Below are positions 1-8,664 of a DNA stretch of 64,000 bases, piece by piece (positions within the stretch are counted from its first letter, which is position 1; every line of letters starts with the position of its first letter). The position numbers were made by a program, and so were the translations under genes. The DNA comes from Planctomycetota bacterium (GTDB lineage Bacteria > Planctomycetota > UBA1135 > UBA2386). The notes beneath the pieces were generated by a model. It saw only the letters and a list, made by a program, of their open reading frames with translations, was not told the DNA's origin and did no database searches. The stretch is taken from positions 42,235 through 106,234 of the forward strand of contig JBNMNW010000001.1 of assembly GCA_051278165.1 (NCBI GenBank), written 5' to 3'.

Positions 1-285
1 GAACTCGCCGTAGCCGCCGATCGACAGTCCCTGCGTGACGTCATAGACCTTCGCGGCACCTTGGCCGACACCACGCTTGGCAGTGCTCAACGGCGGCACG
101 ACGCCACCGAGGTCAATGCTCTCGACATCGGAAGACAGCGCACCGACTTGAGCCTGCAGCTGCCGGTTTTGCTCCTCAAGGCGCTGCAGGCGCTGTTCGA
201 CGGTTTCTTGTGCGATGAGTAACGGGGAGATCACGACTGCGGCCAGGCCGCACACCGAACGAGTGAGTGTAGGAAAACGAATCAT
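1..285 (-). CDS. 5' part of a gene for a secreted coiled-coil protein, possibly an outer-membrane porin (continues beyond window start)
   Basis: Not in the ORF track because it runs off the window. Own translation of the minus strand from ATG 285-283: MIRFPTLTRSVCGLAAVVISPLLIAQETVEQRLQRLEEQNRQLQAQVGALSSDVESIDLGG...TQGLSIGGYGEF. It has a signal-like N-terminus, a heptad coiled coil, then a beta-strand-like GGYGEF. The ATG overlaps the apbE stop (ATGA at 282-285). The porin assignment is a guess. Confidence 0.55.
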   Translation of the reverse strand, partial: MIRFPTLTRSVCGLAAVVISPLLIAQETVEQRLQRLEEQNRQLQAQVGALSSDVESIDLGGVVPPLSTAKRGVGQGAAKVYDVTQGLSIGGYGEF

Positions 286-1346
286 TGGAATGTGATGTCC
301 GGCACCAGTGCCGTGACCCGGTCGCGCATCCCCGAGGTCATGCGCGCGGTGAGTTGTGGGTTGTCGTCATCGCCGCTCGCAACTAGCGCCAGCACCTCGA
401 TGCCTTCCTGCTTCTCAGCAAAGGCGAGCGCGGCATCCGGGCCCATGACGAATAGGCCAGTCGACAGGCAGTCGGCCGCGAATGCACTGCGCGCCCACAC
501 GGTGATGGAGCCGAAATCCTTCGCCGGACGACCGGACCGCGGATCAAGGATGTGGCCTAGGTCTCGATCACCGACGCGGATGCGGCGCTCGCTATTGGCG
601 GTAGTCGCAAGGCTACCGACGTCGATGCGAATGCGGAGCACGCCGCGTAGTCGTTCGTTCGGGTCGGCGATGTCATAGTCCTCGGCAGCGTCGCGCGCAC
701 CCGCCCGCAACACTTGACCACCGAAGTCCATTGCGACCGCGGTCGCGCCAGTTGCGAGCATCGCGCGCGCTGCCGCATCGAGACCCGCACCTTTGCCAAA
801 GCCGCCTTCTTCGAGTCGCAACTTCGCGCTGAGTCGACTAGCGCTGCCGTAGACAAGCTGTAATTGATCGAGGCCGCAGTGAGGCATGCACGCCCAGACC
901 TCTTGGTCCGTTGGCCAACGACCACCATCGCGCAGTTGGTAGAGATCGACGAGCGCACCAACCGCTGGATCAAAGGCACCGCCGGTCGCGCGCTGCCACC
1001 AGCGGGCCTTGCGCAGGTCTTCGAGCAATGGGCCCGACAGCTTCATGTAGCTGCCGACGCGCAGTCGATTCAGCTGAGCCAGTTCGGAATCGTCACGCCA
1101 GGTCGACAAGCGAGCGTTCACGACTGCCATCGCTTGCAGGCCTGCTTCGGAAGCCAGCAGCGCCTGCGCGCGCGACGCCGCCGTGACCTGCACGTGCAGG
1201 TTGGTCCCCATCGCGACCACGATGCGCTCGACGATTGCCGAGGCGCCATCACCCGCGTTTGCCACGTTGCGATCCGCATGCGAAACACACCCTGCCCATG
1301 CCGCAGAAGCAGCGATCAGGGCACAGATGGTCAGAGAAACTCGCAT
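282..1346 (-). CDS. apbE: FAD:protein FMN transferase (ApbE family) lipoprotein
   Basis: 354-aa ORF. Lipoprotein signal MRVSLTICALIAASAAWAGC. ApbE-type motifs AMGT, GGAFDP, EEGGFGKGAGLD, GHILDPRSGRP and SLATTANSERR. Confidence 0.88.
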   Translation of the reverse strand: MRVSLTICALIAASAAWAGCVSHADRNVANAGDGASAIVERIVVAMGTNLHVQVTAASRAQALLASEAGLQAMAVVNARLSTWRDDSELAQLNRLRVGSYMKLSGPLLEDLRKARWWQRATGGAFDPAVGALVDLYQLRDGGRWPTDQEVWACMPHCGLDQLQLVYGSASRLSAKLRLEEGGFGKGAGLDAAARAMLATGATAVAMDFGGQVLRAGARDAAEDYDIADPNERLRGVLRIRIDVGSLATTANSERRIRVGDRDLGHILDPRSGRPAKDFGSITVWARSAFAADCLSTGLFVMGPDAALAFAEKQEGIEVLALVASGDDDNPQLTARMTSGMRDRVTALVPDITFQ

Positions 1347-1367
1347 GGCGGCCTCTACTCCTATCGA

Positions 1368-1414
1368 TAATGAGACTCGGTCTCAAGAGCACTTATTGAG
1401 ATTCCTTCTCATTA
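1368..1414. promoter_or_regulatory. 47-nt AT-rich nested palindrome in the apbE 5' region
   Basis: Minus-strand reading: TAATGAGA-AGGAA-TCTCAA-TAAGTGCTC-TTGAGA-CCGAG-TCTCATTA. This gives an 8-bp outer stem and a 6-bp inner stem, ending 21 nt upstream of the apbE ATG (1346), with GGAG in between. Function unknown. Confidence 0.4.
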
Positions 1415-1735
1415 CTGCTGCAACATCCCGTGCACGGCCCAAGATGCGAGAGCCGAACAGCCAATGACATAGGCAGTTCGACAGCCGCACCCTGCCGGTG
1501 AAGGGGTCAGCCACAACAGTAGGTAATGCGGTCGCGAGTCCCGCCGAACGGCAGGATGTGGCAGTTTTGCCCGTGCATGACTGCAATCGTGCCGGCGTCT
1601 ATATCACCGCATTCCTTCGCGCTCGCTCTGGCGGTGGCAGCTACCTGCCTTGCTCGCCATCGCGATCTCGCCGGCGCTCACTGCACAGCAACGGGCTTCA
1701 CCGTCAGCAACGCGACCGAACTTGTGATCTTCAAG

Positions 1736-2503
1736 CTACGGCAGATCGACGCGCGCGACCGGCAATCGCGTGCGATCGAAACGTTCGACGAAGTCCAATA
1801 GCAGCACCTCCGCAGAGGGCATAGCTACCTTGCGTATCGGCTTATTGGCCAACCGCACCTCAACCTTGCCCCCCTTGCCAAGCTGGTCGGCTGCCAGCAG
1901 CAACGAAAACTTGGTGATGCCAAAGCCCTGCGCGCGAAACCGTCCCTTGCCGGTCTGTTGCACGGCAACCCGGGCGGTGTTCTTGGCCAACGCTTTCACA
2001 ATGTAGGCGCGCTTCGCCTCTTCGTTCATCGTCGCCCACCGCCGCACTGCCACTTGCGGTTGCGCTTCGACTTGCACCTTCTTGCGCATGCCGGTGATCT
2101 CGATCCAACTGGCGCGGGTCTCGGTCAGATCGGCAGCGATGCGGACGACCTTCTTTGGCCAAGGGTCGCGGCGCTTGGCAAAGAACGTTGGCCAATCGAC
2201 CACCGAGAGATCCGCATCGTGACCGCGGTCCGCGAACTCGATCAACTCGACATCCTTGGCCCTCAGCTTCTTCAGGTTCTTGAACGCCAAGCGAAGGTTC
2301 ATCAACAAGCGCGGGTCGTCGCCGCTGCCTTGCAGATCGCGGATCGGGAGGTGCGCGACGTTCTCTAAGTAGCGCAGGTTGTTGGCGGACGGCGGATTCA
2401 TCAGAGGCCCACCGACGCAGACCACCATGCCGGCGAACAGGTCTGGGTTTCGCAAGGCTAGATCCCAAGCGAGATGGCCGCCGCGCGACCAGCCGCCAAC
2501 GTA
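1736..2503 (-). pseudogene. 5'-truncated alpha/beta-hydrolase (esterase-like) gene remnant
   Basis: The tracked ORF 1736..2455 starts at TTG. Reading the same frame upstream gives ...RR-TAG(2506-2504)-YVGGWSRGGHLAWDLALRNPDLFAG. The GxSxG nucleophile elbow (GWSRGG) therefore lies between an in-frame stop and the first usable start. A second in-frame stop occurs at 2569-2567, and only 119 bp separate this region from the neighbouring gene stop (2625). There is no room for the N-terminal half of the fold. Confidence 0.55.
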
Positions 2504-2624
2504 CTAGCGGCGATGAAGGTGGGCCCCACACCCGAAGACCCCACCCCGAAGAGCAGGGCACGCATCTCAGCAGCTCAAGCTGCGGCAACACTCTACGGCT
2601 CGACTAGCGCGCCCGAAGCGAACG

Positions 2625-4148
2625 TCAGCGCCGACGACGCTTGGGCAGGTCGACCGAACGGTCACCTGGCACGTGGTATAGGTCCACGATCCGCGCTTCC
2701 GCTTCCCGCGCATGGTCGGCGTCGAGCAGCACGGTGGCACCGCTCGACAACTTGATGACGACATCACCACTCGCCTTGTCGACGCGCTTGATGAAGTCGA
2801 GCATGTCGACCGGTGGTACGCCATTGACGCTGGCCACGCTGTCATTGTGGAACGCCTCGTAACCAACGTTGACCGCATCAGCGAGCACTTGTGCAAGTAC
2901 AACGACTTCCTGCTGCTCGGGCCGTCGCAAGCCGTGGTAGTAGCTGTGCAGCAGTTCCTTTGGCGCCTTGTCCCACCAGTGCTCGCCCCAGTTGCGCAAG
3001 TACTCGGCCGTCAGCCGCTGGAACACCAAGCCGCCGAACAAGAACCACATCGGCCGCCGGTCGTACTCGGTGCGCGGCACCAACCACTTCATTGGCTGCA
3101 TCGACAGGTCCACGCTCTTCGACTTGCCGCAGCGCAACACGCGCGCCTTGATGACATCGCCGCAGTCGTAGTCGCCAATCACCGCATCGAACTGGCAGCG
3201 GTGCCGGCCGCGATAGCGAATCGTGCCGTTGTCGGCGATGCGATGGCCATCGAGCTCCATCAGCACATCACCCTCAGCGAACTTACCCCAACCACTGGAG
3301 CCATATTGCACCGCGGTCACCAGCACGCCGCTATCGCGCGTCTTCATGCCCAGGTATTTGCGCAACGCCGGGTTCTCCAACGGCTGGGTCGTGATGCCAA
3401 TGCCCGGCACGTCCGGCTTCCTCTTCTTCTTGACGCTGTCGAGGAAGCGGCGAATGATCGGTGCCGGCACCATCTCGCCAACATTCTCGGCATCGGGCAG
3501 CGCTTGGAATGCAATGCCAACAATCTTGCCGCGGGCGAACACCGGCCCACCGCTGTTGCCTTCGTTGATCGCCGCGTCGACGGTCACCGCGAGTAGATGA
3601 CGCTGGCTGTGCTCGTATCGCTGCACCTCGATGCGCGACACCACGCCTTCGGTGATCGAGACCTCTTCACCGCCGATCGGATAGCCGACCACCTGAACGG
3701 CATCGCGCAGCTTCGGCAAGTCGCCAACCACCGACGACTTGATCCCGCGGGCGAACGGCTTGTCGTCGATCTCGAGCAACGCTAGGTCGCAGTCGTGACT
3801 GATCGCCAGCACCCGCGCCGTGACCTTCTTAGGATCGCTTTGCTTTTGCACCTGCACGAAGGTGGCATTCGCCACCACGTGGGCACCGGTCAGGATCCGG
3901 CCGGGACCAACCACAACACCAGACCCGGTGCTGCCGCGCGGCGCGACGTTCTGCCACGGACACTCATAGTCGGGGTCCTGGTAAGTACTGTAGACGCGAA
4001 CGACTTGGGGGTAGCTCATGAGCGATCGGCGAACAACGTAGCGGCCGGCCGCGCGGAAGCGACCCTGGCCGGACGGATCCCGCGCATCTGTCTCAATTAG
4101 AACCTGTCGAGACAGGCAGCTGCCAGTCGACAGGCTGACAGCCACCAA
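2625..4148 (-). CDS. Deg/HtrA-family (S1C) serine protease with PDZ-like C-terminal part
   Basis: Triad contexts TGAHVV (His), HDCDLALLEI (Asp) and GNSGGPVF (Ser). Overall it resembles Do-like (DegP2/9-type) proteases. The probable true start is ATG 4019-4017 (MSYPQVVRVYS). No obvious signal peptide. Confidence 0.85.
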   Translation of the reverse strand: MVAVSLSTGSCLSRQVLIETDARDPSGQGRFRAAGRYVVRRSLMSYPQVVRVYSTYQDPDYECPWQNVAPRGSTGSGVVVGPGRILTGAHVVANATFVQVQKQSDPKKVTARVLAISHDCDLALLEIDDKPFARGIKSSVVGDLPKLRDAVQVVGYPIGGEEVSITEGVVSRIEVQRYEHSQRHLLAVTVDAAINEGNSGGPVFARGKIVGIAFQALPDAENVGEMVPAPIIRRFLDSVKKKRKPDVPGIGITTQPLENPALRKYLGMKTRDSGVLVTAVQYGSSGWGKFAEGDVLMELDGHRIADNGTIRYRGRHRCQFDAVIGDYDCGDVIKARVLRCGKSKSVDLSMQPMKWLVPRTEYDRRPMWFLFGGLVFQRLTAEYLRNWGEHWWDKAPKELLHSYYHGLRRPEQQEVVVLAQVLADAVNVGYEAFHNDSVASVNGVPPVDMLDFIKRVDKASGDVVIKLSSGATVLLDADHAREAEARIVDLYHVPGDRSVDLPKRRRR

Positions 4149-4394
4149 CCGTCATTGCCAACGAACGAACTGGTCGAATAGGCTACGAGTTCGGTCCAGC
4201 AGGCAGCTGCCGTAGCCGGCAATCGGCCCCAGCAGTGCACGGAGGACAGGTATCGCCGAGGTACGCTTGACCGCGCAGACCCCAGTCCACGGCAATGACA
4301 AGTTGTGGCAAGGATGCAATGTCAACGGAACCTGACCCGGCTTTAGCCCGTCCTACCCGCGGCGCTGCCTCACCAACGCCCCACCCTCATCCAC

Positions 4395-6806
4395 ATGCAT
4401 CGCTACTCGCCCGCCGCCATTCTGGTGGCTTTGTTCGTTTCTCCAGTCCTCGCCCAAACGCCAGCCGTTGGCCAGCCAGTCCTCGCCCCGACTGTCAGCC
4501 CGGTTGGCCAGATCCACCCGAACGCCCAACCGCTGGGCAGTGTCGCCAGCTATGGCGTGCCGATGCTGGACCGCAACACGCTCTCCATCGAGGACACGAA
4601 CCGCGCGGCCAATGGCCAACCGGCTCGTTACGCGGTGTCGAACCCCGTCAACATCTCGCCGGTCTCGCACGGCACCTGGGAGCAACTAGACGCGACATGG
4701 TCCCTGTGGCGCTTGCGCATCAAGGCTCCCGACTCAGACCACGTCAACCTCGGCTTCCAGACGTTCTTTATGCCGGCCGGCGCGCGCATGCAGGTCTACA
4801 GCAGCGACAACAGCTACGTCGTGCGTCCGTTCGACAGCGTCGACCACCAGCCGACCGGCGAGTTTTGGACTCCGGTTGTCATGGGCAGCGAGATCGTCTG
4901 TGAGGTCTACGTGCAAACCGCGCTCAAGCCGCAAGTGCTGCTCGACATGATCCACATTGGCTCCGGTTACCGCTACTTCGGTAGTGGCGCAACCGCACTC
5001 AGCGACGGCAGTGGCTCGTGCAATGTCGACGTCAACTGCCCGCAAGGCGCTGGCTGGGCAGCCGAGATTTCCGCCTCCGCAGCAATCTCGACCGGTGGCT
5101 CGCTCTTCTGCAGCGGCAGCATGATCAACAACACGGCCAACGATGGTCGCAACTTCTTCCTGACGGCCTACCACTGCGGTGTCGGTTCGTCGCAAGCATC
5201 GTCCTTGGTCTGCTACTGGAATTACGACGCTGTAACTTGCGGCAGCAACTCCGCGCCGCTCAACCAGTTCACGATCGGCTCGGTGCTACGCGCCGGCTGG
5301 AACACGTCGGACTTCACGCTGGTCGAACTCAACAGCACGCCGAACGCCGCCTGGGGCGTCACCTACGCCGGCTGGAACCGCAGCACGTCGACCGCTAGCT
5401 CGGCCGTCGCCATCCACCACCCGAGTGGCGACTCCAAGAAGATCTCGTTCGAAACCGCACCGGTTCAGTTCACGGCCTACGGCGGCACCTCGCAAAGCGC
5501 GAATGCCAACCACGTGCGCGTGGTCGACTGGGACACTGGCACGACCGAAGGCGGCTCGTCTGGCTCGCCGTTGTTTGACCAAAACCACCGCATCATCGGC
5601 CAACTGCACGGCGGCGGCGCCGCCTGCGGCAACAACCAGTCCGACTGGTATGGTCGCCTGCGCACGTCATGGACTGGCGGCGGCAACAACTCGAATCGCC
5701 TGTCGAACTGGCTGGATCCGGTCAACACCGGCGCGCAGACGCTCGACACGCTCGGCGGCACGCCAGCCGGCGATGTTGCCGCGGCGACGTCCTACGGCAC
5801 CGGCTGCTACGCCGGCTTCGGCACGCTCGCCGAAGAGTTTCTGAGCAACACGTTCGACCTCAGCGGCACGGCGATCTCCTCCATCAACTTGCGCCTGACG
5901 CCAACGACCAACGGCTACACGATGGCCTCCGCAACCGCGGCATGGGTCACCCCATCCAGCCCCGACCTCGGGCTCTCGGATGACGACACCTCGGTGCAAA
6001 CCCTGCCGTGGACGCTCAACTACCCCGGCGGTTCGACCAACCAGATCAGCTTCTGCTCGAATGGTTACGCCTGGGCTGGCAACTCGACGACCGCTGACTG
6101 GTCGCCAACGATGGCCGAACTCGTCAACGGCGGCGCACGCTTCTGCCCGCTGTGGACTGACCTTGACCCGACGTCGGGCGGCAGCTGCCACTACGACTCG
6201 CTCGGTAGTTCGGTGGTGTTCACGTGGAACAACGTTCCGGCTTACACGGCCGGCACGACTGGCCCCGGCAACACGATGCAGATCCAGATCTACCAAAACG
6301 GCACGGTCGACTATCGCTTCCGAGCGATGCCAGACCAACCGCAAGGGTCAATCCTGGCCTTCACCCGCGGCAACACCAACACGCCGCCGGCGACCGACAT
6401 CAGCAACTCGCTGCCGCTTTCGGTAAGCGTTGACAGTGATCCTCTGACCTGGACCGGCCTCAACCGGCCACTGCTCGGGAGCACCCAGTTCCTGCAATTG
6501 GGCAACATCCCGAGCGCGGCGCAAAGCATCGGCCTAGTGGTGATTGGCTTCAGCGAGATCCCAGGTGGTCTCGACCTAGGCATCATTGGCGCCGCCGGCT
6601 GCAGCCTCTACACGCAGTCAACGATCATCGAGACGATCTTCCCGATGAGCGGCGTGAGCCAATTGTGGCAGCTGCCGATCCCGAACACTCCGGCGCTTAC
6701 GGGCACGAGCATCTTCACGCAGGGCGCCTTGCTTGAGCCACCGGCGCAAAACGCGTTCGGCTTGCTGACCGGCAACGGCGTCGAGCTGCTCTTCGGCACG
6801 CTCTAG
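4395..6806 (+). CDS. secreted S1 serine protease, lysyl-endopeptidase-like, with long C-terminal extension
   Basis: Signal peptide MHRYSPAAILVALFVSPVLAQ. CSGSMINNTANDGRNFFLTAYHCG (His) and EGGSSGSPLFDQNHRIIGQLHGG (Ser) resemble API/lysyl endopeptidase-type enzymes. About 340 aa follow the protease domain, ending in a module shared with the 19238-20224 protein. Confidence 0.85.
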   Translation: MHRYSPAAILVALFVSPVLAQTPAVGQPVLAPTVSPVGQIHPNAQPLGSVASYGVPMLDRNTLSIEDTNRAANGQPARYAVSNPVNISPVSHGTWEQLDATWSLWRLRIKAPDSDHVNLGFQTFFMPAGARMQVYSSDNSYVVRPFDSVDHQPTGEFWTPVVMGSEIVCEVYVQTALKPQVLLDMIHIGSGYRYFGSGATALSDGSGSCNVDVNCPQGAGWAAEISASAAISTGGSLFCSGSMINNTANDGRNFFLTAYHCGVGSSQASSLVCYWNYDAVTCGSNSAPLNQFTIGSVLRAGWNTSDFTLVELNSTPNAAWGVTYAGWNRSTSTASSAVAIHHPSGDSKKISFETAPVQFTAYGGTSQSANANHVRVVDWDTGTTEGGSSGSPLFDQNHRIIGQLHGGGAACGNNQSDWYGRLRTSWTGGGNNSNRLSNWLDPVNTGAQTLDTLGGTPAGDVAAATSYGTGCYAGFGTLAEEFLSNTFDLSGTAISSINLRLTPTTNGYTMASATAAWVTPSSPDLGLSDDDTSVQTLPWTLNYPGGSTNQISFCSNGYAWAGNSTTADWSPTMAELVNGGARFCPLWTDLDPTSGGSCHYDSLGSSVVFTWNNVPAYTAGTTGPGNTMQIQIYQNGTVDYRFRAMPDQPQGSILAFTRGNTNTPPATDISNSLPLSVSVDSDPLTWTGLNRPLLGSTQFLQLGNIPSAAQSIGLVVIGFSEIPGGLDLGIIGAAGCSLYTQSTIIETIFPMSGVSQLWQLPIPNTPALTGTSIFTQGALLEPPAQNAFGLLTGNGVELLFGTL

Positions 6807-6820
6807 GAGCCGCCGCCGCG

Positions 6821-7039
6821 ATGACCAGCCGTATCGGCGAGGTCATCGCTGGCTTGCTGGCCGCCCGCTATCGGGAGGCCAGCAACGTGGTCAACTTGCG
6901 CCACGCCAGCCTGCAGGTCGCGATAATTGCGACCGCGGCTATATCCCACGTAGCGAACACAGGGACTGGCTTTGCCGATGACCATCAGCAACGGAATTGG
7001 CTTCGTCGCGAAATAGTCGGCGGATTGGTGCGATCGTAG
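6821..7039 (+). CDS. possible small CDS or gene remnant (72 aa)
   Basis: Starts 15 nt after the protease stop, with AGGAG at 6805-6809. The first ~35 codons show the strong G/C third-position bias of real genes here, then the bias decays. No family recognised. The opposite-strand ORF 6803..7186 has poor third-position bias. Confidence 0.25.
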   Translation: MTSRIGEVIAGLLAARYREASNVVNLRHASLQVAIIATAAISHVANTGTGFADDHQQRNWLRREIVGGLVRS

Positions 7040-7269
7040 TGGGTCTAGTTTGTTGTTTCTTGTCCAGGCACCGTACCGACAACTCATGAGCAGACGAGCA
7101 ACACGAGAGGGTCCCGAAGTTGGGGTGAAGTGGGTTCGCTGGGTGGCGGGCGCTATCTGCTTGGCGATCATTGTCGCCATGTGCATTGACTCAGCGGCGA
7201 TGTTTCAGTCGGTCTTGCGCTTCTTCAGCTTTGTGGCGCGGCTGCTGTAGAGCCAACCGCGCGAGTCGC

Positions 7270-8664
7270 TTACAGGAACCAGTCGCGCTGCTCACCACCG
7301 GGCGCTTCTTCGGGCAGGTCGGCGCTGGCGTTGACGAGCTCTTCCAGCCACCAGTTGGTGCTGTTGTAGAGGCAGGTAACCTCGCCGCACTCGACGCTCG
7401 CATCGAACGTATTGAGCAGGTCCGTGGTCTTGTGCTGAGCGGCTGGCGGCACGTTCCAGATGTCCTTATCGCCCACCATCGCCTTCTTCACGCCACGGTG
7501 CGCGGGGCAGTTGTAGGTGCCCAACGGCGTCACGACCTGGCGCAGCATCTGCATGTGGCACACCTTTGGCTGCTTGGTGTATTCCTTCCAAGTGCCGGCC
7601 ATCAAGACCCGCAGATTGGTGCTCGCCAAAACGCGGAAGTCATCGCGAACCGAGGCCCGCGCTTCTTCGAGGTTGACCTGGATGCGCGCCACAACCGCCT
7701 GCAGCTCAGCCTCCGTCTTGGTGGGGTCCATGACCTCGGCGCCGTCCTCTTGCCGTTCGAGGAACGGCTTGAAGGAGATGTAGTCGAACATCGCATCGGA
7801 GGCGCGCTTACTCGCCAAGACCATCTCGTGGATGTTCTCGACAATCTTGACCTCGCCACGACTGCCGCCAACCCAGGTGATAACGAACGAGAAGCCCATC
7901 TGCAGATCGGGGTTAGCGGCCTTGATCTTCGGGGTCCAACCGCAAATTTCGTCGAGCGTCAGCGACTTCTTCGCCGGGTGGTGCATGCGCTGGAACACGT
8001 CATTGCTGCCCGAATCGAGCGAATAGCGCACCCAGTCACCCTTAGTGAAGTGCGGCGCAGCTTTCAGGATGCGGTCGCCGCGACTGCCGTTGGTGACGAC
8101 CGAGACGGACAGGTCGAGCTTCTTCAAGAACGCGACGAAGTCGACGAAGCCGGGGTAGAGCGTCGGCTCGCCGCCGCCGATCAAAATCACGCTGCGCAGA
8201 CCACGTTCGGCCATGCGCTCGATCGACACGCGCAGCTGCTCGTCCTCGTGCTTTTCCTTGCTGTTAAGGATGTCCCAATCGATGCAGTGGTCGCACGCGA
8301 AGTTGCACGCCGTGGTCAAGTCGAGGTTGATCGACAGCGGCGCGATGTCCGGCATCTCCGGCAGCTGCTTGCCTTCCGCCTGAGCCTTGCGCAGCGAGCG
8401 CTGCCACTTCACGTAGTCGACAACTTTCGGCCACATGCTCGGCTGCTGCAGCTTGCTGGCGAAGTCGTGAACGCGCTCGACCTGTTTGCCCGCCTGCTGA
8501 GTACCAGTCTGCTGCTTACCAGCCTGCTGCTTACCAGTCTGTTGCGTCGTGCGCTCAGAGTTGGGCAAGGAGGCTGGCGTAGAGCCGGATCCGGAGGGCG
8601 ATGGTGTCGAGGGCGTTGGTTCGTTCACTTGAGTTGGCATTGTGGAGGTTTGCGAGAAAACCAT
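7270..8664 (-). CDS. radical SAM enzyme with C-terminal Cys-rich (auxiliary-cluster-like) region
   Basis: DLTTACNFACDHC (CxxxCxxC), VILIGGGEPTLYP, and a C-terminal CHMQ..NCPAHRG..ECGEVTC. The first 76 aa are low complexity (TGKQQ/AGKQQ from 15-bp repeats at 8494-8545) and overlap the upstream gene by 110 nt. The true start may be ATG 8436-8434 (MWPKVV). Confidence 0.8.
   Translation of the reverse strand: MVFSQTSTMPTQVNEPTPSTPSPSGSGSTPASLPNSERTTQQTGKQQAGKQQTGTQQAGKQVERVHDFASKLQQPSMWPKVVDYVKWQRSLRKAQAEGKQLPEMPDIAPLSINLDLTTACNFACDHCIDWDILNSKEKHEDEQLRVSIERMAERGLRSVILIGGGEPTLYPGFVDFVAFLKKLDLSVSVVTNGSRGDRILKAAPHFTKGDWVRYSLDSGSNDVFQRMHHPAKKSLTLDEICGWTPKIKAANPDLQMGFSFVITWVGGSRGEVKIVENIHEMVLASKRASDAMFDYISFKPFLERQEDGAEVMDPTKTEAELQAVVARIQVNLEEARASVRDDFRVLASTNLRVLMAGTWKEYTKQPKVCHMQMLRQVVTPLGTYNCPAHRGVKKAMVGDKDIWNVPPAAQHKTTDLLNTFDASVECGEVTCLYNSTNWWLEELVNASADLPEEAPGGEQRDWFL

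Noticed and set aside
1578-1801. 74-aa plus-strand ORF with a signal-peptide-like segment (HSFALALAVAATCLA)
   Set aside because: Its 3' third is simply the antisense of the hydrolase remnant's C-terminus. No ribosome site or family resemblance was seen, so it is not supportable from sequence alone.
2712-3596. 294-aa plus-strand ORF
   Set aside because: Antisense to the Deg/HtrA protease, whose catalytic motifs are unambiguous. It is a typical high-GC shadow ORF.
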